64,000 bases of DNA from Eledone cirrhosa. Lineage: Eukaryota. Positions 1-15,243 of this stretch are shown here, in pieces; the first letter of the stretch is position 1; each line of letters starts with the position of its first letter. The DNA lies in contig OZ024761.1 of assembly GCA_964016885.1 (NCBI GenBank), positions 28,210,001 through 28,274,000 on the forward strand, given 5' to 3'. Position numbers and translations under genes: made by a program. A model generated the notes under the pieces. The model did not search any database. It saw only the letters and a program-made list of their open reading frames with translations, and was not told the origin of the DNA.

Positions 1-108
<108 letters not shown>

Positions 109-261
109 TATATATATATATATAAATATATGTATATAAATATATATAAATATATGTATATATATATATATATATAAATATATGTATATAAATATATATA
201 TATAAATATATATATATAAATATATATAAACATATATATAAATATATATATAAATATATAA

Positions 262-292
<31 letters not shown>

Positions 293-315
293 TAAATATA
301 AATATATAAATATAA

Positions 316-384
<69 letters not shown>

Positions 385-957
385 AATATACGCATATCTA
401 TATCTATATATATGTATATATATCCATATTAACATATATTAATTTTGAAAGAAAATCTACGAAAGGAAGGACAAAAAATTTGAAAACAACATCTCGTGTG
501 CTAAAGGCAAGAACTGTTCTCACATTTCTAGATTAAGTGTCAAGTTCTGTACAGTGAAACTAATGGATCTTCATAGAATTGTAGTCACGTTTACACACAG
601 AGATACATATTTATACCTGTAGAGACATGGATGTATGAATTTTCATATATATAGGTATGTATATATATGTATATATATATATGTATATGTATGTATATAT
701 ATATGTATATATATGTATATATGTATATATATGTATATATGTATATATGTGTATGTGTATATGTATGTATGTATATGTATGTATATATGTATATATGTAT
801 ATATATATATGAATATATGTATGTATATATATATGTATATATATGTATATATATATATGAATATATGTATATATACATATGAATATATGTATATATATGT
901 ATATATATATATGTATATATATATATGTATTTATATATATATATATATAAATATATG

Positions 958-1203
<246 letters not shown>

Positions 1204-1442
1204 GTATATATATATATGAATATATGTATATATATATATTATATATATATATATATATACACATATATATTATATATATAATAATTATATACATATATAT
1301 TATATATAATTATATATATATATATATACATATATACATATATATAATATACATGAAAATTCATGCATCCATGTCTCTACAGGTATAAATATGTATCTGT
1401 GCGTGTAAACGTGACTACAATTCTTTCTCTCTCTCTCTCTCT

Positions 1443-1487
<45 letters not shown>

Positions 1488-2261
1488 TGTATGTATGTGT
1501 GTATATATATATATACATAAACCTATAGAATGTCACCAATGGATATATTCCCCGTAAAGTAATCTAAAACACATAAACAGTCATGTGATATCACCAAACT
1601 GCATCTTTATGTAATAAGGCAATTCAATCTAAAGACAAGAGAACGGAGAGAAATGATATTTTCATAGCCGAAGTCCATTACCTTGTGAACTTTATTTCCA
1701 CTCCACAGCTTTGCACTGGTATAGAGGTCATATATATATATAGATATATATATATATATACATATTGTTTCTACGTTAGGCACAAGGCCAGCAATTATCC
1801 AGTGCATTACTGATACTTTATTTTATCGACCCCATAAGGATGAAAGGCAAAGTCAACCTCGGCGGGATTTGAACTCAGATCGTAAAGGGACGTAACTATG
1901 CTGGAAAGCATGGCGTCCGACTCTCTACCGATACTGCCAGTCCACCGCCCTGTATATATACATATTATTAATAGTAGAGTTACGGCCCTATATGGTCTGA
2001 GTTCAAATCCCGCCAAGGTTAACTTTGCCTTTCATCCTGACGGGGTCGATAAAATAAAGTACTAGTAATGTACTGGATAATTGCTGGCCTTGTGCCAAAA
2101 GTAGAAACAATTATCAATAGTAGTAGTACAGATTAAATTTTAAGCAAAGAATCAGTGCTTTCAATCTATTGCCTAATAGGGTGAAAGCAGCGATTCTTTG
2201 CTCCGACTTTAATCTGTACTAATAACAAATATTTGCTCTACAGATTTATATATACTTTTAT

Positions 2262-2299
<38 letters not shown>

Positions 2300-2374
2300 T
2301 ATATTTATATATATATATATATATAGAAAGGATAAAAAGGACGATTGATTATTCCTTCATTGCATTTATTGATA

Positions 2375-2459
2375 GGTGACGCGCGTTTCGCCACTGATCA
2401 GCTCAAGGTTCGATCTATATCGATCCTACCCGACTCAATAATTCGCAGCTCGACGGACC
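2375..2459 (-). ncRNA. Hammerhead-like motif with long stem II; related copy on + strand near 20951-21039
   Basis: Reverse complement ggt-CCGTCGA-gctgc...gtggc-GAAACGCGCGTC-acc; the second copy has CTGACGA and AAAACGCGCGTC. Confidence 0.6.
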
Positions 2460-2490
2460 TTCGACACCTCCTGGATATATATATATATAT

Positions 2491-2914
2491 AAAATATGTA
2501 GTTTAGAAAGCCACAACAATGCAGAGGGAAATCTCGAGGTAGGAAGTGAATGATAGATAGGAGAAATAGGAGAAAGTGAAAATTGAGAGAGACAAAGATG
2601 AAAACAAAACAAAGGTAGAAGGGTTACCGTAGTGGAGATTTAATCCCAATATTTCGGGCTCACGCCCATCAACTTCTGGAACTTACCCCCGTTGATGGTC
2701 GTGAGCCCGAAATATTGGGATTAAATCTCCACTACGGTAACCCTTCTACCTTTGTTTTGTTTTCATCTTTGTCTCTCTCAATTTTCACTTTCTCCTATTT
2801 CTCCTATCTATCATTCACTTCCTACCTCGAGATTTCCCTCTGCATTGTTGTGGCTTTCTAAACTACATATTTTACACATTTCACAATGCTTCAAGCAAAC
2901 TTTAACACCCTCCC
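2491..2914 (+). mobile_element. Fold-back mini-element (Penelope-like terminal fragment) in (TA)n
   Basis: Near-identical 183 bp inverted arms 2491-2673/2691-2873, an unpaired ~40 nt tail, and a degenerate minimal hammerhead (ccc-gttga-tggtcgtgagccc-GAAATATT-ggg) at the centre. Confidence 0.7.
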
Positions 2915-3078
2915 ATATATATATATGCGAGCAAGACAATCACTCTTGCCTCAAGTGGGACTACCCCCGTCCAAACCCATGCAAGCGTGGAACACGGACG
3001 TTAAACGTTGATGATGATGATGATGATGAAATATACACAATCCTTATTGAGCCCTCTTCAGATTTTGGTCTTCAGGAT

Positions 3079-3109
<31 letters not shown>

Positions 3110-3941
3110 ATATATATAACGAAGGAGTTGTGGTAAGGAACCAGATGGACCATAATGCACCAGAGTACTCAATACTTAGGGTAGTAGAGTGGGTAATAGG
3201 AGAAAGTATTACCCCGACGGCAGAACTCAAGCCGTTTCGACAGCTATAAATATATATATATTTATATAATTGTTTCTACTTTAGGCACAAGGCCAGCAAT
3301 TACCCAGTGCCTTACTGGTACTTTATTTTATCGACCCCGTAAGGATGAAAGGCAAAGTCAACCTCGGCGGGATTTGAACTCAGATCGTAAAGGGACGTAA
3401 CTATGCTGGAAAGCATGGCGTCCGGCCCTCTACCGATACTGTCAATCCACCGCTCTTATACACATTATATATTTATATAATGTGTATATGTGTGTGGTTT
3501 AGCAGATCAGCTTTGTTCTTTTTGCAAATAAGCTATGGGGATCAACATGCACATGTGTATACACACATATTTATACAGATAAACGCTTGATATAAATAGT
3601 GATATTTTCTATTTCTAGTGAATAAATAAAAGTCACAGAACTAATTCATACATATTAAATAAGAACACCTGATTATACGAAATTGAAAACAGTTTTATTC
3701 CATTTGGAAGTATCATTGAACCAGGAGAGCAAAGAACCAGAACAAATATCACAGAGACTTATGTTCTACCCCTTAATGACCCTGTCAATTTGCCGCCCTC
3801 CTCTGCCATTTCAGAATCAATAGAAACCCGAATGCTGGGATGTAAACCACCCATGGAAAGAAAATTGTTCTGATAGTGTGTGGAAAGTGATGTTTCAAGA
3901 GCCAATCCAAGCCAAGCCACCTGTCTAAATATTTGTAGAAT

Positions 3942-4102
3942 TGTCGACAATGCCAGAGAAGTGTTGAAAATTTGGTTTTATTCATTCCATCTCTAATAAG
4001 ACAATATCTATGTGTTCATTATGTGAAAAGATATTTGGAAATGGTGCATTGAAGCGTTTGGATATGAAAGACTACTACAAAGTATTAAGATACTGTATGA
4101 AA
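3942..4102 (+). mobile_element. hAT (Charlie/Buster-like) transposase N-terminal relic
   Basis: CRQ..KFGFIHSISNKTISMCSLCEKIFGNGALK resembles the BED-finger region (KFGF..PMCLLCEK.FSN.AMKP) of Buster transposases. Confidence 0.55.
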
Positions 4103-5638
4103 GGTTTGGAATAAGTCCAATCTCACTGCCTTTTCTTAAGTCACCAGCTCATATCTAAGGGGAAAATGAACATTTCTTACAACAAATATGTCCTTTAACA
4201 AACACACACACATATATATATATTTATATATAGTAATAATAATTATAAAGACCAAAATCTGAAGAAGGCTCAATAAGGATTACATATATATAATATAGCA
4301 TAAATGACTAGAGGCTAGTTCGTCAGCAAAGGAGAAGATTTAAAACTATCTATGATCACACGCTAAGAATAAATCAAGAAATAACAACAAAGAGCAAATG
4401 TGGTTTGGATAATTATACATCACCCCGCCGTCAACCTAGTGACGTGAATAGGTTTATCGACAGCTAGAAATAGCAGCCAAGGCCTTTCAACAGAAAAAGC
4501 TCTACTAACAAAATATTTAGGAACAGCAAATATTAACAAAATTAAAGATGCCATGCCTGAGCATATCAGAAACATGCGCTATTACGGGATCTTCTGAAAC
4601 ATATATATAGATAACGATAAACTAATGGAGCCATAGACTCTCGTTATTCCCTGTCAATAATGTGCTCAAAGGAAAAGTAATCCTGAGCTCTTTAAAATAC
4701 AATATGTTGGAAAGGTTGTATGCGGTGCGATACATTGGTTGAACGCCAACTTGGATATACAGTGGATTGAACGCCAACTTGGCACGTTGGATTGAGCGAC
4801 CAAACGTGAGGATTTTGTTGAATGCCAGTTTCTGCGGACCTGGCATGCTTTCAATTTCCTCATATCTGTGCCGGCTGTATATGTGCTATACATTTCTTTA
4901 ACTCGTCGTACTTTCTTTTATTTTGTATTTTAGATTTTAGGTGTGTATCCCAGACCGCCTATGGTGATAAATCCCCTGGGTATAGGTTTTGGAAAAATAG
5001 TGTTATCTCACTTAACGTTTGGAACTGGAACACATCGATGTGGTTCGTAGGGTGTGGATATGATAAGGAGAATTGACCTGTTACGAGGCGATATAATTGG
5101 AGTACACCATCCCTTATATGGACTATCATACATGTAAGGCTACACCACTGCTAACCAACTATTCTTTTCACAGACTCATGCTTGCAAACTCTCTTGATCT
5201 GCCTGTACACCGTTTTTGCACTGCTTGTGCTTTGATGCATCTATGCTTTGCTTTGTCTTATATTTTTGGGGGGTTTCCGGGCTTTTTGTTCTGTATTGTT
5301 TTGTATTTTTATATTTATCTCTTTTCTTATCCCTGTATTTTTGTACTTTTTTTATTATTGTTTTATTATTTTCTTATTGTTTCTGATCATGCTGAGTAAT
5401 ACCCTCACTCATCCCTTGCTACCCTCTCCCAACCTCTTTATCATCTATTGCACCATTTAAGTGATACATTTTTGGTGTAATTTAAAAATTTTTAAGACAT
5501 TTTATGACATTATGTGCATCATGTATTCTGTCTTTTTCCATATAGTGCTGGCCTCGGGACCCCCCTGCTGGTCCTTTAATCTTGTTCTGGTGACGCAGCC
5601 CGATGCAGCATGCAACTACTGATATACTCATGTTTATA

Positions 5639-5685
5639 GGCTCTGATGATTCCTGCCATGGTGTATGGATGAAACACTGTTAGCT
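5639..5685 (+). ncRNA. Type I hammerhead ribozyme-like motif
   Basis: ggct-CTGATGA-ttcc...ggat-GAAAC-act-GTT-agct, followed directly by AATAAA. Confidence 0.6.
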
Positions 5686-5998
5686 AATAAAACAATGTAT
5701 TTCTAAGCACTCTTGGTTATTCCTATAACTATAACGGCTCTGAAGTATACTAGTTATCCTACATTGAGCTAAAACCACACTGCCATACCAAGGGCAATAT
5801 ATCTACATGTCTGGGCATATTGATATATTTGTCAACTACTTTTGTTAACTACTTTCGTTAACTACTTTCGTCAACTACTTTCGTTAACTACTTTTCCCAT
5901 CTTGACGTTATAGTCGCATATATGTTATAGAATGCCGTTAGCTTCTTGCTAAAACAATCTCTATACCTCTCATTTATATATATATATATATACATACA

Positions 5999-6329
5999 GG
6001 AGGCACATGGCTTAGTGGTTAGAGCATTGGCCTTGCAATCGAAAGGTTGTGAGTTCAATTCTCAGACCGGGTGATGTGTTGTTTCCTTGAGCAAGACACT
6101 TTATTTCACATTGCTCCAGTTTACTCAGCTGTAGAAATGAGATGATAGGACTGGGGTCCCTATCATTCCACTTAAAAGAGGTCGTGGAGGCGCCACGGCA
6201 AAAAAGCACCCAGCACTCACTGTAAATGAGGTTGGTGTTAGGAAGGGCATCCAGCTGTAGAAATCAAGCCAGAATCAGTTCCCGTCCCACCCTTGCAAAC
6301 AGGGAAAAGCGGACGTAAAATGATGATGA

Positions 6330-6333
<4 letters not shown>
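5999..6333 (+). mobile_element. tRNA-derived SINE family B (CORE-like centre plus RTE-derived 3' half); copies at 23170-23425(+), 35870-36182(-), 39805-40136(-) and 58490-58829(+)
   Basis: A box TGGCTTAGTGG, B box GAGTTCAATTC, ccttgagcaagacacttt CORE-like block, and a 3' end shared with RTE LINEs in this window. Confidence 0.88.
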
Positions 6334-6376
<43 letters not shown>

Positions 6377-7879
6377 AAAAGTTATGAAACGAAATGAGCT
6401 GTGTGGTTACTAAAAAGAAGGTTTAGAATGGTGGTTAGGACGGAACAGGAGGAAGAACTGGGGGGAAAAGATGAGAGAGGAAGAAGGGGAAAAAATAGGA
6501 AAGGAATAGAAGAAAAAAAGTGAACAGGTTCCATCGTGGGAAGACACAGGTGAAAGAAACATGCAAAAAAAGTAACCGTATATATATGTATATATATATA
6601 TATGTATATACATATATATATATATATATATATTGGGTCATCAAATATGAAATTTGTAGAGATTTCTAGAAAAAAAAAACAAATTGCTACAAATTTCATA
6701 CTTGACATACCAAATATATCACACACACTCATATATACACATATACATACATACGCACACACGTCTTCACCTTCATTTCCCCTTGTAGCAATTTGTAAAA
6801 TTATTGAGTCGACAGCATTTTGTTGAATCGTGCTTCACCTCTGATTAGGTAGGTCTTGCCTGCTGTGTGTGTATGTGTATGTGTGTGCTTGTGTGTATGT
6901 GTGTGTGCGTGTGAATGTATGTGTCAACATGTGTGTGTGCTTGTGTGTATGTGTGTGTACGTGTGAATGTATGTGTACGAACATGTGTGCCTGTGTCTTT
7001 GTGTGTGTGTGTGCGTATGTTTTTGTATGTGTGTGGGTGTGTGTATATATGTGTGCGTGTGTGTAGATGTGTGCGTGTGTGTACATGTGAATGTATATGT
7101 GTGAACAAGTGTGTATCTGTACGTGTGAATGTATGTGTGTGAACATGTGTGTATGTGTATGTGTGCACGTGTGTGTATGGTCTATTACGTGCATGTGTGT
7201 TTGTGTCTGTGTGAGTGAATGTGTGTGTGTACGGGTGTATGAGAGAGAGAGAGAGAGAGAGAGAAATCCATGTGTGAGTACATATGTGCAAATGTGTACA
7301 TGTATATGTATGTGTATATGTGTGTGTATGTGTGTGTGAGAGAGAAGGAGAGAGACTGTAAAGTTAGTGTTTGTGTATATTTGTGTATATTTGAGTACTT
7401 GGATTTGCACTATATATATATGTATGTGTGCGCGCACGCACGCAGTATTGTTTTTGCGTGTATTTGTACACATGTTTGTTTGTGTCTGTGCGTGTTTGTG
7501 TCTGTGCACGTTTGTGTGTGTGTGTGTGTGTGTGTGCTTGTGCATTTTAATTTTCTAAAATATCTTTCACAATGCAATTTCTATGTATGTATGCATGTAT
7601 GTATGTATGTTTTTATGCATGTGTGTGTATGTATGAATGTGTGTATATGTATGTATGAATGAATGTGTGTATATATATATGTGTGTATGCACGTGCGTAT
7701 GAATGTATGTATGTATGAATGTGTGTATATGTATGTATGCATGAATGTGTGTATATGTATGTATGTATGCACGTGTATGAATGTATGTATGTATGAATGT
7801 GGGTATATGTATGTATGCATGTGTGTATGATTGTATGAATGTGTGTATATGTATGTATGCATGTATGTGTTTGTGTATG

Positions 7880-8942
7880 TATGTATTAATATGTGTATGT
7901 ATGGATGTATGTATTAATATGTCTATGTATGTATTAATATGTGTATGTATGGTTGTATGTATTAATATGTGTATGTATGTATTAATGTATGGATGTATGT
8001 ATTAATATGTGTATGTATGGATGTATGTATTAATATGTGTATGTATGTATGGATGTATGTATTAATATGTGTATGTATGGATGTATGTATTAATATGTGT
8101 ATGTATGGATGTATGTATTAATATGTGTATGTATGTATTAATGTATGGATGTATGTATTAATATGTGTATGTATGGATGTATGTATTAATATGTGTATGT
8201 ATGGATGTATGTATTAATATGTGTATGTATGGATGTATGTATTAATATGTGTATGTATGGATGTATGTATTAATATGTGTATGTATGGATGTATGTATTA
8301 ATATGTGTATGTATGGTTGTATGTATTAATATGTGTATGTATGGATGTATGTATTAATATGTGTATGTATGGTTGTATGTATTAATATGTGTATGTATGT
8401 ATTAATGTATGGATGTATGTATTAATATGTGTATGTATGGATGTATGTATTAATATGTGTATGTATGGATGTATGTATTAATATGTGTATGTATGTATGG
8501 ATGTATGTATTAATATGTGTATGTATGGATGTATGTATTAATATGTGTATGTATGTATTAATATGTGTATGTATGGATGTATGTATTAATATGCGTATGT
8601 ATGTATTAATATGTGTATGTATGGATGTATGTATTAATATGCGTATGTATGTATTAATATGTGTATGTATGTATGTATTAATATGTGTATGTATGTATTA
8701 ATATGTGTATGTATGGATGTATGTATTAATATGTGTATGTATGGTTGTATGTATTAATATGTGTATGTATGGATGTATGTATTAATATGTGTATGTATGT
8801 ATTAATATGTGTATGTATGGATGTATGTATTAATATGTGTATGTATGTATTAATATGTGTATGTATGTATTAATATGTGTATGTATGTATGTATTAATAT
8901 GTGTATGTATGTATTAATATGTGTATGTATGGATGTATGTGT
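7880..8942. repeat. Minisatellite, ~24 bp unit (gtattaatatgtgtatgtatggat)
   Basis: Direct tandem repetition with 16/24/28 bp variants. Confidence 0.9.
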
Positions 8943-9087
8943 ATACAGAGCGAGCGCCACTTTGGGGGATGACTTTGGGCGAAGCTTTTCCGATAAAAAG
9001 GAAAGCAAACAAAAAAAAAATCATTTGTATAAACAAACAAACTAAACAAAACAAAATAAAATAAATATAAAAAAAGGGGCAACCTAC

Positions 9088-9384
9088 CTTTGGGTGAGGT
9101 CGCAGGGTGCACGAGAAGAACAAGATGAGGTGGAGGAGGAGGAGGAAGAAGAAGAAGAGGAAGAGGAGGAGGAAGATGCTGACAGGGACCGTTTCTGGGG
9201 CTGGCAAACGACTGGCGGCGATTTGTAAGTGTCCTTCTTTGTTGCTGTAGCATGGTCAGCAGTGCTTTGACCAACAACAGAATCAGTAAGCAGTTTGTTG
9301 ATCTTCTGGGCAGGCCGAGGGGCTCGGACATCTATGCCCTCATCAGCTGATTTGTCAGACGAGTATATTGCAGTCTCTGGCGAA
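9088..9384 (-). CDS. Probable internal coding exon of an unidentified host gene (Ser-rich, low-complexity peptide SPETAIYSSDKSADEGIDV...SSSSTSSCSSRAPCDLTQ)
   Basis: Minus strand reads ttttctttccag| acceptor at 9385/9384 and AAAG|GTAGGT donor at 9088/9087. The 297 bp span is open, has symmetric phase 2-2, and is GC-richer than its flanks. No homologue recognised. Confidence 0.65.
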
Positions 9385-9494
9385 CTGGAAAGAAAATTTA
9401 GAGACAAATAATACATTTATAAAAAAATACAAAATAGAAATAACAACACACACATATATACATACATATTATATATATATATATTATATATATA

Positions 9495-10072
9495 GTTATA
9501 CTTGGGGAGGATCATATTGTTGTAATAATATTGCCAGAATTAATAACAGAACACACTCACTGTTTGGTTGGTTTTCGCTTCTGTATCTTTTATATCAGTT
9601 AATTTATTCGGTTCTCAATTTTTACCATTGACTGACCAACGGTCAAAAATACAGATATAATATAGACACAAACACATATGGTCAATCAATGGTAAACATT
9701 GAGGACCGAATAAATTAACTGATATAAAAGATACAGAAGTGAAAACCAGCCATACAGAGAGTGTGTTCGGTTATTAATTCTGCCAATATTATTACAACAA
9801 TATGGCGGTGGATTGGCAGTATCGGTAGAGGGTCGGACGCCATGCTTTCCAGCATAGTTACGTCCCTTTACGATCTGAGTTCAAATCCCGCCGAGGTTGA
9901 CTTTGCCTTTCATCCTTACGGAGGTCGATAAAATAAAGTACCAGTAATGCACTGGGTAATTGCTGGCCTTGTGCCTAAAGTAGAAACAATTATTACAACA
10001 ATATGACCCTCCCCAAGTATAACAATATTTGTTTCGACACACAATTTCATATCAAAAACCTCGCAAAACAAA
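9495..10072 (+). mobile_element. Fold-back mini-element interrupted by a SINE; same family at 20636-20885
   Basis: Inverted arms 9495-9638 and 9679-10023 (excluding the SINE), a ~48 nt unpaired tail, and (TA)n on both sides. Confidence 0.7.
9805..9988 (+). mobile_element. tRNA-derived SINE family A with 17 bp TSD; other copies at 1764-1949(-), 1977-2112(+) and 3268-3453(-), degenerate copies at 12975-13122, 13305-13455, 19820-19976 and 30005-30240
   Basis: A box TGGCAGTATCGG, B box GAGTTCAAATCC, conserved gcctttcatcc..gtcgataaaataaagtaccag block, and TSD attattacaacaatatg at 9788 and 9989. Confidence 0.88.
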
Positions 10073-10365
10073 TATATATATATATATATATATATAAGTT
10101 ATCCCGGGTTCAATCGGGGGTAACCACAGTAAGTAAGGAACTCAATACAAAGCAGAGTATAAATATTTAATATAGAAAAGCTTCTATATGACTAGAACTG
10201 TTTCATTCATGAGAAATCTAATATTATTTATACTTATATATGAATTATATATAATTATAAATATGAAAGGGTAGTATTAAACACTACCCAATTACCAGTA
10301 AGAGAAAAAGCTCAATGTAAATTATCAGATGTATTACAGAGCAGGGATACAAAATATAAAAATAT

Positions 10366-10410
10366 GCCCTGATGATTGCAGACAGTTGTCTGGAAGAAAC
10401 GATCGTCAGC
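10366..10410 (+). ncRNA. Type I hammerhead ribozyme
   Basis: gcc-CTGATGA-ttgcagac(agtt)gtctggaa-GAAAC-gatc-GTC-agc; palindromic stem III (ACGATCGT); one mismatch in stem I. Confidence 0.75.
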
Positions 10411-11024
10411 AGTTAAATGCATTAAGCATGAATTTGATTGTTTTATATTTTGTATATATATATATATATATATATATTTACACATTTATATGTGATTCCC
10501 GGGCTCAATCAGGGGTAAGTAAGGTACTCAATACATTAGTAGAGTGTATACAATAACATTTAATATAGAAATGGCTTCTACAGGACTACAACTGTTTTAT
10601 TTGAAGGAAATCATCGGGGCTTTCCTGGTGATTTCCTTCGAATGAAATAGTTCTCTGTCTCCCTCTCTGAACTCACCATTTCCTGAAGAAGGACTTATGT
10701 TCTAAACATCAAACCCGCTTCTACTTCCTCATAAGCGCGATGCTAATAAAACATTGTTTTTTTGCATCTTTATGCTTGTCTTGTCATATCTTGAACTATC
10801 TATCTCTCTCTCTCTCTATATATATATATAGTAATAAACGAAAAATATATACTTTATATCATGTCTATTTATTTTATCATATATAGTTCGAAGATGCAAA
10901 GTTTTATGTATAACATAAACCAAAATATGTCCTCTTCAGACAAAATACATATAATATGTATAATATTTTCATGATATGCTGGTAGACAAACACCCTGGAC
11001 AGATCGGTGACCACCAAGCATATA

Positions 11025-11419
11025 TGTGACGGCTGGAGAGAAATGAAGCAAGCATGCTCCGTTGGATGTGCAATGTCAATGTGTGTGAATGACCAAGCAT
11101 AGATGAGTTGAGAGAGAAACTGAGTATAAAAGCGATAAGTTGTAGTGTGCGAGAGAGGAGACTGCGATGGTATGGACATGTGATGCGCATGGAGGAGGAC
11201 CGCAGGGTAAAGAAGTGCCAAGAAATGCCAGTAGAAGGAAGATGCAGTAGAGGAAGACCACGAAAAACATGGGCGGAGGTGGTGAGAGCAGACCTCAGAT
11301 TGCTGAAGCTCACAGAGGAGATGACAAAGGAGCGTGACAAGTGGAGAGACGCTGTGCTGAATAGGACCTGTCTCACCCTTGCAAGCAGGGAACAGCGTAC
11401 GTAAAATGATGATGATGAT
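11025..11419 (+). mobile_element. RTE LINE 3' fragment
   Basis: RRLRWYGHVMRM...GRPRKTW and (GAT)n tail; same family as 43090-44090. Confidence 0.88.
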
Positions 11420-11902
11420 ACATATATATATATATATATGTAGATCCAGTCAACAAAATCTCCATACATTTTAAACATACAGCAAGTCTCCGATTTCTGA
11501 ATGGCTAAATCTCGGCAGAAGGGCTCCAAGGAGTCATGATCTGGATGTGTCTTGGCCCCTAAGAGAGTAAGAAGTTAAGGGCTGAAACACTCAGTTGAGG
11601 AGCAAGGGGGATTTCTCTGAACACCTTCTCCTGTGCAGCTCTCTTGAGAATTTCTTACCATATATGTAATGTTTATATAATTTTACACACATTATATTTT
11701 CACTATAGTTTCCAGCAATTTTCTATTGTTCTGCCTGGTTTTCAATCATAATGGTTGAACAATTCATGAATTTCAAACACTAAATACAACACCATCACCA
11801 CCACCACCAGCAAAAACACTATCACCGCCACACCTACAACTGAAAACAGTTGGTGAGTGTATATGTGAAAGTGTGTATACGACAGTGCGTGGGTGTGTTT
11901 GA

Positions 11903-12017
<115 letters not shown>

Positions 12018-12137
12018 TATATATATATATACACACACACACTCAAACACACCCACACACTGTCGTATACACACTTTCACATATACACCCATACATATAT
12101 ATAAATATACATACACACAGAGTCACATTAATACATA

Positions 12138-12177
<40 letters not shown>

Positions 12178-13465
12178 CATATATATATATATGCGTATGT
12201 ATTAATGTGACTGTGTGTGTGTATGTATATTTATATATATGTATGGGTTTCTATAGCTATATATGTGTATCAATGTGTCTGTGTGTGTGTGTGTGTGTGT
12301 ATAACTATATGTCTATCAATGTGTGTGTGTGTGTGTATGTATATATATATGTGAGTGTATGTGTATATAAATATATATATATGTGTGTGTGTGTGTGTAT
12401 GTATATTTATATATATGTATAGGTGTCTATAGCTATATATGTGTATCAATGTGTCTGTGTGTGTGTATGTGTGTGTGTATAACTATATGTCTATCAATGT
12501 GTGTGTGTGTGTGTATAACTATATGTCTATCAATGTGTGTGTGTGTGTGTGTATGTATATATATATGTGAGTGTATGTATATATATATGTGTGTATGTAT
12601 GTATATACGTATATATATATATGTGTGTGTCCCATTTTGTGAAATGCCAACCAATAATGTTTTTTTTCATTTTTATTTCCTTTGTAACTTTTAATTCTAT
12701 ATAATTTCTGAAAGACAGAAAAAAAAAAAAATGTAAAATATATTTTTTTTCTCTTCTTTTCTTTTTTTTTTTTGTTTCTCTATAGTTTCTTAAAAGAGCT
12801 GCCAGACAGACTAATGGCATCGGATTGTGGGAGGGGCGAGTTATGGGGTGGGGGGTGGAAGGTGGGGTTAAATTATACTTGTTTCTAATTTAGGCAGGGG
12901 GCCAGGAGTTCGAGTGCAGGGCGAGAGGATGAGGGGAGGGGGACAAATTGATAACATGCAACCCACCAATATGTGACTGGTATTTTGTTTTATCCATCTC
13001 GGAAGGATTGAAAGGGCAAGTCGACTTTGGTAGGATATGAACTCTGAACATAAAGAGCCGTCATAAATAATTGCCACGAAGCCTTTTGTTTGACCCTCTA
13101 CCGATTCAGCCAATCTACCACCCTATATTTATTGCTTAATGACATAAGGTGCCCACAAACTCATCCCCACCTCCAGCCTCCAGCATCCCACTACATTCTT
13201 TGAACTTTCTTAAGACGCTGTTGGCTTGTTGCTTAATGATGTAAGGTGCCAACGATCCTGCAAAACTCTCCCCCCCCCTCCCCATCCCATCTTTATCGTC
13301 TTATTTTTGGTATTTTGTTTCATCCCTCTTGGAAGGGTGAAAAGCAAAGTTGACTTTGGCGGAATTTTAACTCAGAATGTAAAGAGCCGTCATAACTAAA
13401 TGCCACAAAACCTTTTTTTTTGTCCGACCCTCAATCGTTTCAGCCAATCCACCATCTTATATTTA

Positions 13466-13900
13466 TTGCTTAATGACATATGGTGCCTAAGACCCTATCC
13501 TCACCTTCAACCTCCAAAATCCCTCTACATTCTCCAAATTTTCTTAAGACGCTGGAGGCCTGTTGCTTCAAGATGTAAGGTGTACTCGATTCTGTCCGCA
13601 CATCCAACCTCCAATATCATCCCCACCTCCAACTACATTCTCCGAGCTTTCGTAAGATGCCGGCAGCCTGTTGTTTAATGACATAAGGGGCCTAAGACCC
13701 TATCCTCACCTTCAACCTCCAAAATCCCACTACATTCTCCAAATTTTCTTAAGACGCTGGAGGCCTGTTGCTTCAACATGTAAGGTGTCCTCGATTCTGT
13801 CCGCACATCCAACCTCCAATATCATCCCCACCTCCAACTACATTCTCCGAACTTTCGTAAGACGCCGGCAGCCTGTTGCTTAATCACATAAGGGGCCTAG
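13466..13900. repeat. 205 bp tandem duplication
   Basis: cctaagaccctatcc at 13486 and 13691, with near-identical units. Confidence 0.85.
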
Positions 13901-14579
13901 TCCATGTGCTCACTTTCAACTTACAACTTCCCACCACATTCTGAGAACTTTGGGAGAAGAGGATAGGTGGGGGTAGATGGGGAAGATTGCGGTAGGTAAA
14001 GAGAAAGTGAGTAGTGGAATGAATATGGGAGGTAGGTGGGGGGGGGGTAGGGGTCGGGAAAGTGGGGGAAAGTGGGGGTGGAGATGAATATAGTATACAT
14101 GTAAGACAGATGAACAGATGTAATTCATGCTTTTGCTGTCCTGTCAAACAAATGTCAATTTGTGTGTGTATGTTCGTGTGTGTATGTGTGTATAGATGTG
14201 TGTGTGTAGATGTGTGTGTATATGTGTAGATGTGTGTGTATATGTGTAGATGTATGTGTGTACAGATGTGTATGTTGATGTGTGTGTGTATGTATGTGTG
14301 TGCATGTGTTTGTAGACGTGTGTAGATGTGTGTTTATGTGTGTGTTGATGTGTGTGTGTATAGATGTGTGGGTGCATGTGTTTGTAAATGTGTGTATATG
14401 TGTGTCTGTAGATGTGTGTGTATGAGTATGCGCATAGATGTATGTGTACGTGTAGACATATGTGTGTGTATGTGTATGAGTGTGTATGTGTAGGAACAAC
14501 TTTTCTTTCATTCACAATGAATAAGTGAAAGATATAAAATATTCAGGCACACACACAGATTTATACACACATATACGTG

Positions 14580-14634
<55 letters not shown>

Positions 14635-14654
14635 ATACATATATATATATATAC

Positions 14655-14965
<311 letters not shown>

Positions 14966-14971
14966 TATACA

Positions 14972-15031
<60 letters not shown>

Positions 15032-15032
15032 C

Positions 15033-15205
<173 letters not shown>

Positions 15206-15210
15206 TATAC

Positions 15211-15243
<33 letters not shown>

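Noticed and set aside
5999-6075. tRNA gene
   Set aside because: Only A/B boxes of a SINE head, continuing into a SINE body in multiple copies.
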